Below are positions 12,800-26,339 of a stretch of 64,000 nt of DNA, one piece after another (the stretch's first letter is position 1; each line of letters starts with the position of its first letter). A program made the translations under genes and the position numbers. A model generated the notes under the pieces. The model searched no databases and had not been told where the DNA came from. It worked only from the letters and a program-made list of their open reading frames with translations. Origin of the DNA: the human T2T-CHM13v2.0 reference genome, Homo sapiens. The stretch lies in the NCBI RefSeq assembly GCF_009914755.1, contig NC_060931.1, one strand, 5' to 3'.

Positions 12800-13172
12800 T
12801 GTCATGGCAGTTTTTCATGCTGATCACTAAATTTTCCTTATCTTCATCCTGGACTCATGATTTGGATGTCACTTGCCTACCCCAGGAGTGAAGTGTGACG
12901 TACAACTTGTTATATGATGTGAGCTGAAGTGGTGTGTGCCAGTTTGGGATGGAAATGCTAACAGTTCACAGCATGTCAGGTTTTCTCTTTCTGCTACAAC
13001 CACTAGCAATGGTGCAAACAATGACTTCTTGGGACCCCAGGGTAAGGATGAAGTGGAACAGAACCCCCCATGGAGCTTTGAGGGACCTGCAGTTCTTTGT
13101 TTTGCTCAATTGTTGATATGTTGGAGCCGTTTATTACCACAGCAGAGCATAGCCTAACCTTACTGATGTGTA
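12800..13172 (+). mobile_element. MLT1-like (ERVL-MaLR) solo LTR inside the L1
   Basis: GTGAGCTGAAGTGGTGTGTGCCAGTTTGGG...; 3' end TTATTACCACAGCAGAGCATAGCCTAACCTTACTGAT. Confidence 0.6.
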
Positions 13173-13494
13173 CAGAGAAATATGTAAACATAAAGAAATA
13201 TACTTTGAAAGTAAGGAATGAGAAAAGAGATACAGGAAAGCATTCATCAAAAGAAAAAACATACATTAATATTAATGTTAGACAAAATAACCTTCAGGAC
13301 AATACAAATTAATAAAAATATAGAAATAAAGAAAAAATAAAAATATATTCTTACATAAGAATACAAGGAACAATTTGTCAGCAAGATAACAATCCTGAAT
13401 CTTTGTACATCCAACATCTGAGCCCTAAAATAGATGCAGTGAAAATAGAATTGTAAGGAGCGATGGACAAATTGACAATAATAAAACAGTTCCT

Positions 13495-13805
13495 ACAATC
13501 CCATTTCTTTTTCCAGGCAGTGATGAATGGCTGCCCATGTCACCCACTGCTGGGCAATGCTGTGTAAGGAGCAAAGGAGCAATCCCCAGCAGGGATTCTG
13601 GGAAGGGATTTTTTTTTTCTGATCAAAATAAGATGTCCTTCACGCCTCCTGTACTTCTCTTTTTGTCTTTGAAAAGATTTTCATTAGGAAGTGATTGTTG
13701 AAAAAGCAATAGCCATTTCCTTCATTATTCTTATTATATGGCATTTTATAAAAGCCCATTTTTATGTCAGTGTGAATTGCAGCCCAAAGCATCCTAACAA
13801 ATACA
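13495..13805 (+). mobile_element. ERVL/MaLR-type solo LTR fragment (LTR33/LTR16/MLT1-like) inside the L1
   Basis: GGGATTCTGGGAAGGGATTTT...; terminus TTGCAGCCCAAAGCATCCTAACAAATACA. Confidence 0.55.
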
Positions 13806-15143
13806 AAGGTGAACTTCCCGTATTAGGCATCCGTAATCATGATCAAGCTCTGGTAATGAAAATGGCATAATAGTGCAGAAATGGATAAACAGAACAATGC
13901 AAGACAACATGCATGTATGTGAACTTGATAGATGCCCTTAGTGGCATTGCAAGGAAGAGAAGACGAAATACACTATTCAATGATTTTGTGGAAACTTCCA
14001 TTCAGAAAAACATAAAGTTAGAATCCTACCTTACACTATACAGAAAATTACGTTCCAAAGGATTAAAGGCATAAATGTGGAAGGCAAAACCTAAAAATAC
14101 TTAGAATTGTATCTTGGAGAATATCTGTATAAGCTTGGATGGAGAAGGATTCACTAACCGAGACACACAAACCACAGACTGTGAAAACAAAGAATGATTA
14201 ATCTAACTACGTTAAAATTAAAATCCTTTGTATAACAAAAGGCAATCCAAACTTAGTGAAAAAGCAAGCCACAGACTAGGAGAAGAAACTTGTTACACTC
14301 TTAACCAACAAAGAATCCATATCTAGAACTTATAAAGCGCTTTCTCATAAAAGCATACCCAATTTTTTAAAAAATGGCAAAGGATATAAATAAGTGCATA
14401 GCAGAAGAGAAAACCCTAATGGCCAATAAACATATGAAAAGACACGTAATCTCATTAGTGACAGGGAAATGAAGATTAAATCAGCAATGAAATGTCTCTT
14501 CACACCCAACAATTTGGCAAAAAAAAAAAAAAAAGGATGCCTCGTTATAACAAGTAAGAGAGAGGAAGTGTAGTTGAGGAACTCTCAAATATTGATTGTG
14601 GGAGTGTAAATGGGTACAGCCCCCTGAGTGGATATTGTCAAACTGCTCCCAACTGAGGCTATTCAGACCCTACAACCTGGGTACATATTCTTGAGAAATA
14701 TATGCACGAGAACCATATACTCTAATCGTCACTGCACATTGTTCGTTAAAAAATAGCAAACAATCAGAAAGAAGCCTAAGACATGGGCGTGTATAAGTTG
14801 TCCTATATGCATAGGAGCTTACTAAATAGCAGTTAAAATGAATATCCTAAATCTACATGTATCAACATACATACTCTGTAAGTGTTGAAGGGATAAAGAG
14901 CAAGTTACAAATGCATTATATAATTTTGGTAAATTGAAAAGAAAGACATAATGCTATCTAGTTACTTATGCATCAAAGTATAAAACCATTGATAGGAAAG
15001 TTATAAAACCCTCAAGATTTTGGTTAATTCTGTGATAAAAAGGAAGGGATTATATGGGGACATTTCCAATATATGTGCAATAATTTCTTTCTTAAACAGA
15101 TGTCAAAGAAATATGGCAATATGCCAACATTTATTAAATCTAG

Positions 15144-15511
<368 letters not shown>

Positions 15512-15988
15512 ACTGTAAGAATATTTTAAAATAAAATAAGAATGAGTTGTGTTAAATAAAATAATTGAAAAGTTAAATAAAATGAGTTATGAATAAAGGT
15601 GAAAAAATGTTAAATTCTGTAGTTGGAAGGAAGACATCCATTTCTTTTTAGAATGGAAAGAAGGGAAAAGAAGGTGTATTAGATTTTTAACCTGAGTTCA
15701 GCTATGCACCCATAGCTTTCTGGAAAGCCCCTTGCCAAGTTATTAAAGACCCGTGCAGCTGATCTCAGGAACTCTGCACATGTTAACATTTGTAAGTCCC
15801 AGAGCAGTCAAAATGGGTCGAGGGGTGGACTCCAGGAGAGGCCTTGGAGGCCAGCACACTTTTTACAACATTCACATCGGGATTTCTCTGAGTTGAACAG
15901 TCTCACGGGGTGTGCAAACGCAGGTCTATGTGTGCTCTGGAGCTGCACCTGCTGCCACCATCACCTTGGTCTTACGTTGCCTCCTGGC

Positions 15989-16090
15989 CAGGGCCAGCTT
16001 CATGGGCCTGCGACCTGCGTAGGTCTTCCTGACTAATAACCCTGCATTTTCATTTTGCACTGGGCCTCCCATATTATGTAGCCAGTCCTA
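15989..16090 (+). mobile_element. MER53 hAT element, internally deleted
   Basis: CAGGGCCAGCTTCATGGGCCTGCGACCTG ... CATTTTCATTTTGCACTGGGCC...ATTATGTAGCCAGTCCT; perfect 8-bp TSD CTCCTGGC (15981-15988 / 16091-16098). Confidence 0.85.
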
Positions 16091-16608
16091 CTCCTGGCAA
16101 CCACCGAATGGTGATGGTCCTCTGCTGAAGGGGGTATGTTTTCTCATCTTTACCTGGTCAGCGCTGTCCCCAGCACTTGAATTGAACCATCCATTCATAC
16201 AACTTGCTTGACTCCTGCAGGCATCTAGTTTGTTGCCTGTATTTTACAGTTTGGACCTGGCTGTACTAAGGAGTTCCTGCAGAAAAATGCTGTCCTGCCA
16301 TCAAGCTCTGTGAAATTTTGGGAGTCCAGGGCAGAAGGCTGCATTCATCTTGACACTGATGCCTTGATACTAATTCTATTTATATTCAGTGAAACTAATG
16401 CAACAACTTAAAGTAAAAGGACAATGAAACTGAAGTTATGGTATCTCAGAAATGATTATTTAGGTAAACACAATCTGATTGTCTTTAGATAGTATTAACA
16501 TGCCCATCTACGTGAGAAGTCTTGTACGGTCTTTATCCAAATCAAAGGCGCCAGCTTAATTCAGACTTTCATAGAAGCTGGTTGTCTGATCCTTAACTTT
16601 TATACTTA

Positions 16609-16917
<309 letters not shown>

Positions 16918-17769
16918 TTACACAAAAACAAAAACATCTTTCTAGATGTTTCTAGATGTCAGAGAGAAATGGTTAATGCATACATTCTCTTTTAGAAGCA
17001 GAAGCAATCTGGAAAAAGAAGTCCAGAGTTTTAGCCTACGGCCTTAATGGCTGGTCCTCTAAAACCTCCCATCCTCACCCTGCATCCACGCCTTCCAAGA
17101 CGTCTTGGGAAATTTCAGGGCAAGAGTCCCAAGGAAGGGATTGCTCTCGGTACCATTAGTGAAGGGCATCAGCCTTGAAAAAAGGACCTTGGCCAGGGCA
17201 GGGCTGAGGATGGGTCAAGGGATGTGGTTGCTCTTCTCCTTGGTGACATTGTGGTGACCATGAGCAGAAAAATGGTAAATCCCTCAATGACACTGACTAG
17301 GTTTGAAGCTTACATTGTATTGGTAGGAGGGGGAATTTCCCTTTCAAAAGACTCCTCAATTCCTGGATATGCATAATGTTCTGCGGTGTAAGAAGCATGC
17401 CAGGAATGGAAGGGACAAATATGCAGGAAGTTTGTCCATCCACTTTATATGTACTACAGTTTGTGGTTATGAGAGCATCGAAGGTATTCAGGGCAATGAC
17501 ATTCTCATTCATGGCATTCCACTTGGCTCCTGGGGAATATAAACCAGTTGTCTCATGTAAAAAAGTCTCACACTCCCATTAGGAAAACATTAGGAGAAAA
17601 TAGACATAACAGGGACATATTTAATTTTTTAATGATCGTCTAAAGACCACAAAGAGTCTGTGATATGAAAGACTTTAAATTCCTCTTTGATCTACGTTAG
17701 CTGAGTAATCACCACATTATCACAACATGCGGGGGCTCCAAGCATCCGAAACAGTACAGATGTCATCCC

Positions 17770-17950
17770 AGCAGACGCCATACCTTCTGCCTCTGTGCAA
17801 GCTGATGAACCCATCCAAACTGGCTTTCCTCATCTGTAAAATGGGTAGATATTGGGATTTTCTTCATAGATTTTAAGGATTAATGATCATGCAGGAAACA
17901 GGCTTAGCACAGGGTCCAGCACTTAGGAAGTCCTTGGTGGGTGCTAAGGA
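17770..17950 (+). mobile_element. MIR SINE fragment
   Basis: TTTCCTCATCTGTAAAATGGG core; GCTTAGCACAGGGTCCAGCACTTAGGAAG. Confidence 0.7.
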
Positions 17951-18271
17951 TGATTCCTAACTCAGGCAGGCAGGTATTGAGGCAGTGCCTCCAGCGTCTG
18001 GTCCCTACATCCTATCCACAAAATCAGTGCAGAGGGAACATGCATTACAGCAGCAGACCTAGAAGCCAAGAGAAAGAAGGAATGTTTTAGTTCTTCTGAA
18101 GTTGAGACCCTGGATATGTTGAGAAAACTAGCATGGAATAAGAGCGGTCAAAGAAAGGCTTTAAGAAATAAAGTCACTAGAATTTATTGTTTCTGTCTAA
18201 CACTAAATAATCCCTGAGAGGACTAACAGCATCACTGGCTGTCCCAAGTGATCAATTTGGAAAGCAACATA

Positions 18272-18600
18272 CAGTCATGAGTTGCTTAACAACTGGGGAT
18301 CCATTCTGAGAAATGCATAGTTAGGCAAAGTCATCGCTGTGGGAGCATCACGGAGTGCACTTACACAAACCTAGGAGGCAGAGCCCACTACACACCTAGG
18401 CTTTATGGTATAACCTATCACTCCAAGGCTACAAACTTGTACAGCATGTTATTGTGCTGAGTACTGTAGGCAATTGTTACATAATGATAAGCATTTTTGT
18501 ATATAAACATAGAAGTGATACAGTAAAAATAAGGTATTGTAATCTTATGGGACCACCTTTCTATGTACAGTCCATTGTTGACTAAAATGTTGTCATGCAG
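18272..18600. mobile_element. Tigger3a/MER7A-type Tc1/mariner (Tigger) element
   Basis: TA|CAGTCATGAGTTGCTTAACAAC...TTCTGAGAAATGC...CTTACACAAACCTAG...GGCTACAAACTTGTACAGCATGTTA...AATCTTATGGGACCACC...GTTGACTAAAATGTTGTCATGCAG; right TIR clipped. Confidence 0.88.
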
Positions 18601-18609
18601 TTCTTGGCA

Positions 18610-18795
18610 GAACCTAAATGATTCAGCTCTCTGGCTCTGGGGACAGACAACGCCAGTATGCTCTGGCTGGGTACTATAGTGCATGCTATTTCACCTCTGT
18701 AAGCCTGAGTCTTCACATCTGCAAAACTGGGATATCAATTGTGCCTCCCTCATGGGCTTGTTGAAGTGTTAAGTGTTCAGCTCTCGGCAGTGTTA
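18610..18795 (+). mobile_element. MIR SINE fragment
   Basis: CACCTCTGTAAGCCTGAGTCTTCACATCTGCAAAACTGGGATA...CCTCATGGGCTTGTTG. Confidence 0.65.
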
Positions 18796-18880
18796 ATTGG
18801 AATTCTCTCTAATATACCCCCAGAGAAGAGCTTTAGGGAACAAGATGGCACCAAAATCATATTTTTGGCATGTCTTTCAG

Positions 18881-19103
18881 ACAACAGATAAAAGGATGAT
18901 CAGTTCTGAATGCTCAAAGACTGGCTTAGTCAGCCTCTCCTCATGCCCTCCTCCCCTGATGTCCTCAGTGATGTGGGAGCCCTCGTGAGGACTCCCCAGC
19001 AAGCCAGCCTACATGCAGTGCGATGACCTGAAAACTCAGTCATCTGCAGACTCCATGACGTGAGCATGAGTCACTGAACTCTCTAAATGTTACACTCTAC
19101 AAG
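18881..19103 (+). other. Candidate exon
   Basis: TTTTTGGCATGTCTTTCAG| acceptor and consensus CAAG|GTGAGT donor. Confidence 0.25.
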
Positions 19104-19443
19104 GTGAGTGCTGCTTGTTTATAAAGACAATGGGGCCTCGGCTATATCCGATCTTGTCTCCTTGAAAATTCTTAGTCACATATTAGTCAGAACACCCCCA
19201 AGTCAGAAGGGAGAGCCTACCCCCAGATTCTGCATGTAACTTCTGGAACCTCCTGAGTCAGCAGTGTTGTCACACCCCCTCCACCTCTGTGGCTGGGGTC
19301 AGGCACATGACTGGATGGATGGATGTCCATGAAACAGCCTCCTACACCCTGTAAAGCCCCTTGTCTCCCAGGCCCACTGCTAGCAACTGAAACTCCCTTG
19401 CCTTCCTTCTAGGAAAAACCCATGCCAGAGACTTTATTTTTTC

Positions 19444-20092
19444 CAAGTAGACTTTACTTTCGGCAGTTTTAGGTTTTCAGAAAAATTGCTCAGAAGAAAA
19501 GGTACAGAGAGTTCCCATATACCTTCCCCGTCCTCTCCCCAGTTTTCCCTGTTGTTAACATGTATTATTTTGGTACATTTGTTATAATTGATGAACCAAT
19601 ATTATTACACTATTATTAACCAGAGCCCATAGTTTACATTAAGGCTCACTCTTTGTGCTGTATATTCTATGAGTTTTGGCAAATACATAATGTCATGTAT
19701 CCATCATTGCAGTATCATAAGTAATAGTTTAACTGCCCTAAAAATCTCATGGCTTCACCTGTTCATCCCTCATCTCTCGCCTCCCCAACTCCTGCAGAAC
19801 ACTGATCCTTTTATTATCTCTATAGCTTTTGTCCTTTCCACAATGTTATAGAGTTGGACTCATACAGAATGCAGCCTGTTCAGAATAGCATCTTTTACTT
19901 TACAGTATGCATTAAGGCTTCTCCATGTCTTTTCATGGCCTGATAACTCACTTGTTTTATTGTTGATTAATACACCATTGTATACACGTGCCACAGTTTT
20001 GCTGTTTGCCTATTTAAAACATCTTGGCTACCACTTTTTGTCAGTTATGAATAAAACTGCCATGTGCAGGTTTTTATGTGGACATAAGTTTT
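19444..20092 (-). mobile_element. L1MC-type LINE-1 3' end
   Basis: GCAGTTTTAGGTTTTCAGAAAAATTG...GTACAGAGAGTTCCCATATACC...TTGATGAACCAATATT; apparent TSD CCAGAGACTT / CCAGAGGCTT. Confidence 0.85.
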
Positions 20093-20588
20093 CCAGAGGC
20101 TTTTTTTTTTCATTATTAAGATCTTCAGTGATTCACCATCTTCTGCTTTTTTGGTTTTTCTGAGAGTAGGCAAAATGGAGTTTCATTTGGAAGCCTTACT
20201 TTCTGAAAAATGGTGGGTGAAATGGAAAGTCTGGCTTTCATCCTTTAGGAGTTCATTTAACCCTTCTGATTTTTGACTCATCCATTAAGGCAGTGATAAC
20301 ATACAGTCTGGAAAATACACATAAAGAGGATGGTTATAAAATAATAAGCAAATAAACATTCATTTTACATGTTTCCTTGCACTCTTTACTTCCTCCTCTC
20401 GTCCCTCCCTTTACATTTTCCTGCTGAGAAATTTTAAGATTAGATTTCCAAGTTATCTGCTGCTTGAATTTTTCACACATTTTTATTTAGTATCTAAGGA
20501 TTTCCCACACCACCCCAATTTCCATCCTGGATTAATCATACATTATAAATTCTGAATGTATGCTGACATTTCTGTTTGGTCTTTACAG

Positions 20589-20612
20589 TTATGATAAAAA
20601 GTTAATTCCAAG
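20589..20612 (+). other. Candidate 24-nt microexon
   Basis: TGCTGAC branch, pyrimidine tract, CTTTACAG|TTATGATAAAAAGTTAATTCCAAG|GTGAGT. Confidence 0.4.
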
Positions 20613-20818
20613 GTGAGTCTTCATTGGCTAGAAGTGAGATCGTTGCCTCTGAGTTGTGGGAGTAGCCCAGGGTGGTGAGTGAGGAGAAAGGGAGGAAACA
20701 GGTCAGACCACCCCCAAGGGAGGAGGATACAGAGGGGAGTGCTGTAATGATTACTCATAGTTGGAGGACATATTAGTGCATCGTAGATAATGTAGTAGGA
20801 ACCAAGTGCCACAGGATT

Positions 20819-21038
<220 letters not shown>

Positions 21039-21699
21039 TAGGATTATTTAAATCAAGAATTCTCTGTCTTCTATGCTAATAGCTTATGCCAAGTCTCGGC
21101 AGGGCAGTTCACTGAAACCTGAAATGATGGCCTGAAATGTCACAGGTTGGTGAGGATGCTAGCAATATGGTCTGGGCTCTCTGATTTATGAATTTTGGAA
21201 GCTGTGTCTGCATAGTACTGCTAAAAAGGACTGAGAAAGAAAATTATCTGTTTTCTACCCAGTTGCTTTGCCAAGTAAGAACAAAATCATTTGGAATGGA
21301 ATTGTCTCAACTGATTGATCCACAGTGGTAAAAATAGTCTTTTCCAGACAGGTCAAGGTTACAGCATGACTGTCTGTGGCCATCTGTGACTTCCACTTCA
21401 AGCCCGTCATTGGCTCCCTGTGCTTTCTGGACAAGGGCATCACGATCTGACCGTTGCCTACCTCCTGTTGGCTTTTCCTTGTTTCAAAGGCTATATTTCA
21501 GATATTCTGAACTTTCAAAATTTCCAGAAGGCCAACATTCTTCTTCCAAATTCTTTAGATCATACTTACCATTTCTCCTAGAATGACCCACCCACTCATC
21601 TCTATTACCTTCCTCTCTTACTCTTCTCTGAGCACCCTCCCTAACCCCTAATGGGCTGCATGCCTGGCATATTGTGTGCCCCATTGCATCATTTACTTC

Positions 21700-21880
21700 C
21701 CTTGTTGTGGCACTCTTCTCTCCACCTTGTACTTACCTGATCATGCATCCTCCTCTCTCTACTAGAATGCAAGCTCATGAGTATAGGAGCCAGCTTCACT
21801 CCATCATGCTCATGGAGTGGAGCCCTGTGCCCAATATCTAGTAGGGTCTCAATGAATGAATGAATGAATGAATGAATGAA
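21700..21880 (+). mobile_element. L2 3' end with (TGAA)n tail
   Basis: ACTAGAATGCAAGCTCATGAG...TAGTAGGGTCTCAATGAATGAATGAATG. Confidence 0.8.
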
Positions 21881-22064
21881 CCTAAAATTAGACTGAAGAT
21901 GCTTGAAGCACATGCTAAAAGCTGGGGGATTATATGAACAAGACAGGAAATTCATATTATTGCCTTTCACACCACAGCTGTAAGGGCTGTAGAACTAAAC
22001 CAACAAGCAAATACACACAACAAAAGAATTATCTTCCCCAGATAGGCCAAGTGCACATCTCCAG

Positions 22065-22550
22065 ACTTGGGGTACACACTGCTGGTTACCTACCTAGTAC
22101 CCATGTGCATCTTTTTCCTTGCTAATAGAATCCCAGTTTTGTTCAAGGGGACAATGTCCTACATTTTAAAAATAAAAGCTACATTTCTCATGTTTTTTTT
22201 TTTTTCTTTTTCAGTGGAGTTCACCATCTCAGACAATTCTCACCAGTGAGAAGCAGAAGATTGCTGGCGATTCAGAGAAAGTTTCATTTTCCTGATACGA
22301 AGGTATCCTTTCCTTCCTGTTGCCTGTCTTCCTCTTTTTTTGCCTGGAATGTAAAGGAAAGGCAAGAGTAGACTCACTGTAAGTACACAACTACATTCTA
22401 AGAAAGTCAGACCAGAAAGACGGAAAGAGCCTTGAACCTTAAAAATATGGTGGAGCCTACCTTCAGATGTGTCATCAGAGAAAAATAAACTGGCTAAGCC
22501 ACAGGAGACTAATTTGTGTTCTATGCAGAATGCCACCTCTGAGTGACACA
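22065..22550 (+). mobile_element. ERVL/MaLR-type solo LTR (MLT1/LTR33-like), degenerate
   Basis: CTAATAGAATCCCAGTTTTGTTCA...GCCTGGAATGT...GAAAGACGGAAAGAGCCTTG...GAGAAAAATAAAC...GAGTGACACA. Confidence 0.55.
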
Positions 22551-22597
22551 GAGCTTTATCTCTAGGCTCCTGAAGTGAGTGCTTTTCAGTGGGGTAA

Positions 22598-22918
<321 letters not shown>

Positions 22919-23479
22919 AAAAAACACCCCAATTTAAGCCCCTGTTTTGTATGGCCTAATGTGTAGAGGACAAAGGAAACTAGCCAGGCCCAAACATTTG
23001 GTCATTCAACAATCAAATTGTAGGTGGTTCAGGAACCATTAGCTCTCTCATTGAGGGGACATCTGAATACTCAATCTTCAGAAGTTGCAGTAAGTCAGAT
23101 CAACAACTGCAAACTTCTTTTCCCTTCATCTCTTCTGTCTTGCTTTCCTTTCTGGACTCACTTCCACTACCTGCTCTCTTACCACCCTAGTTCTCTTTTT
23201 TGTCCTTTGTATGATGCTGTATGGCCATTTAAATTTCCCTGATTATCTGTTGGCTTTTGCAGAGGTAGCTGTCAAAAACTACATCTGAGACGATTGCATA
23301 CAGTAGGAACTCTGGGACCCAAACATGTTAACTCATCCCCAGCTGAGACCAACTCTTAGAATGGTGTCTTGAAATTTCCAAGTCTTTATGGTTTACAAAC
23401 TTCTGTTATGGCTCTAGGAGGTCAAATAACTTATCTTAGAGGTTTTACAGTCTGGAGGGAGGGGATGGGAGGTATGCAT

Positions 23480-23645
23480 GCAAATGTGCACATGCAGGAA
23501 TTTCCAGGAAACTTATTTAAAATGCTTCTTTCTCTTTCCCACTCCTGGAAATTGTGATTCAGTTAGCAGAGCCCAGGAACTTGAATTAACAAGCACCCAA
23601 ATGTTTTGACTCAGGGGGTTCCTGAGTCAGACTTGAAGAACTATT
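23480..23645. mobile_element. MER5-like hAT fragment
   Basis: GGAAACTTATTTAAAATGC...TGATTCAGTTAG...GCCCAGGAACTTGAATTAACAAGCACCCA. Confidence 0.5.
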
Positions 23646-23665
23646 GACCTATGATGGGTCTGAGG

Positions 23666-23712
23666 TGGCCCCATGTGCTGAGCTGGCCCCGTGTGCTGAG
23701 CTGGTCCCCATC
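23666..23712. repeat. 18-bp minisatellite, about 2.6 copies
   Basis: GGCCCC(A/G)TGTGCTGAGCT twice, then GGTCCCCAT. Confidence 0.85.
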
Positions 23713-25849
23713 TGACAGCAAGGTCTTGAAGAAAATGAAACTGGAATTGGGTCTTGGGGGGCCAAGTAGGTGAGGGATATGGAAAAGATAATTGACACAA
23801 GGGAGGGGAAATAATGCTAAAAAAGAAGGATGAGATTGTCAAAATGCAAAGTTTCTGTCTCCACAGAGGTATGAACCTATCAATGTTGTCCGTGTACATT
23901 ATGGTGACAGGGTATTAGTATCAAACTGTTTTGCTTAGGATAACCATGGCATCCTGAGTATAATAGGTCATGAAACCAATACAATGCAATACATGTGAGC
24001 AACTTAATTATACTTGTCATGGTGTTGAGAGCATTTAAATTATGATATGCTGGCATGGTCCAACCTGGATCATTTGAATTCAGCAGTGCGTGCGTATGTG
24101 TGTGTGCTCATGAGTGTGTGCAAGGGAGAAGGGGGCACAGTACATCTTGATTCATGTAATATCTGTGTGGTCGAGAGAATTCTCATTTTCCATGAAAGTA
24201 AAACAGATTGAGAACTAACAGTTCATTACCTCTGGGCCAGACTTTTTCTCCTTGGGTCAAACAATCAAGTGTTTAGAGCCGAGTCTGAGCCTTAAGAAAA
24301 CAAGGCTGACCATGGAGCATTTGGACCCATGAACACAATCTTGCTGGGGCTGGAGGGGTCAGAGCTGCTCACATCTAGACCCACAGAAGCGAGCTGATGA
24401 GACTAATTGGGACTTCTTGTGCACCAGGCTGAGGGTAATTGGGTCCCTAGACATGTTGACCTTTTCATTTATTCACCATTTAACATGAGCTCTTAGCTAC
24501 TGTGTTTGGAGCTTAAACTGGTACATTTAAAGCAGCAGCCACATTCTTCTTCTGCCTGTCCATTCATCCTTCTTAGCTTCTTTTCTTTCTTCCTTCCTTC
24601 AGTCTGCCCTTCTTTCTGGTCTTTTGAGGAAGATGGAGTGGCCTCTGAGTGGAGGTATTTGCCAACAGAAGGCAAACCTTACTTCTTGTCTAGGCCTCTT
24701 TCTAGGGGTGATGGGGGTATCACTTAATAAGGCCCCCAGCCTCAGAAATGGAGTTGAGAATTTGAATAGCGTGGTTCTGCTCCAGCTGCCCCTTCCAGAC
24801 CGTCTCAGCATGGGCTGGCTGGACTCCCTATTTCTCTGCCCCACAGGCTGGCCAATGGTCTGAGAAGCACTTGGGCACTGGGGCACTGATCTGGCCTTTG
24901 TCCCCAGCGGTGTTCTTCTTTGCCACCAGCTGCCTGCTAACTCAGTCTATTCCTGTAGTCAGTAGAGGGGCAAAGTACCCAGTGCACACAGGCCAAGGCC
25001 CATGGCATTGCCTGGGCCTCTTATAGCTACAGTATTCGTATCGCTGAGAAAAGAAGGTTCTTGAAACTTTTTCTTGGCTATTGAATGCAACCAGGTGGTC
25101 TCCAGGAATCCAAATAAGATGAATAGCAGGTGGGTGCACTTTTGCTCTTTTGTGCTGTAACACAACCACTTACAATAGGGCCCTCTTACTCCTACAGCAG
25201 GGTGACTTCACCTCTCATCCAGGAACCCCTGGGCCCTTCCATCCTGAAATAACATGCAAAATATCACTTGGGAGTGCATTTACACACATGGTGCAAAGAG
25301 GGGCTGCGTTGTTTCCATCATGCTCTCAAAGGGTTGCTGGGCCTCCCAAATGTAAGACCCATCCCTCTATACTCTCACCTTTACCCTCTGGCCTGAGGTG
25401 TTCACATTTTGTTATGCCTAGGACAGGTTGTTTACAAGATACACAGTTAAATATCTTTTTTGAAATTTTAATGTCTTAGGAAAAATAAATACTGCATCAA
25501 AACTGCAATTTTGTGGATTTTAAAGTTTGAAGCTAAACTATCTTAAAATGGTTGATTTAAGTAAAAACATCAAATAATGCAGGTGGTGTGCTGATATATC
25601 AAATATCAGGAGGAGGGCAGCTTGTTGACCTGTGGGAGCTCACTCTGGCCACGCAGCTTCCTCGTGTCTCCACACAGCCTGCACTGCCGACACCTCACCT
25701 CACAGGAACCCCCAGCCTTGCATTTTCTCCCATCTGCCTCACGTGATGCAGCTCATAGGACCAGGATCAGGCTCCCTTGTCTTTGAAGCTTCTCTGACTC
25801 CTCAGGGGGAGCAGCCCCATGCCTTTGGAACCCCCTGTGGTTTTGTCTC

Positions 25850-26085
25850 ACATCCTGTTCAACAGACAGATGAGCGTCTTTGTTCAAGTGACAGTTTCCT
25901 CTGAGGCTGCAAGATCCTTCAGGGAGGACTCAGGTCCCCTCACTGTGGGAAGACTTGCTTACTTGACTGGTGCCAGGCTTATTATAGAGGCTCAAACAAA
26001 TTTGTGGAATGCATGAGTGAATCAATGGGTGCAATAATGAGTGGATGAGCGAGTGCATGGGCGAATGACTGAATGAGTGAATGGA
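25850..26085 (+). mobile_element. L2 3' end remnant with degenerate (TGAA/TGGA) tail
   Basis: ATAGAGGCTCAAACAAATTTGTGGAATGCATGAGTGAATC...GAATGAGTGAATG. Confidence 0.55.
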
Positions 26086-26339
26086 CAAACAGCTCCTGTG
26101 TCTGGCCTCACCAGGAAAGTGTTTCAATTAAGGCACCTTTCGAGAAAATTTTCATAGCTGTCAGACTTTTTGTAACAATTTATGTTAGAAATGTTTCTAC
26201 ATCAGAAAAGCATAATATTAAAGAGCATGATATTACAAGACAAACAACCTGGGTTCTAAATCTGGTCTGACACCAACTGGTTGGTGAGTTTAATGACTAC
26301 TTTCATTCTGTATGAGCTCTTGGCAGCATTTATGTCATG

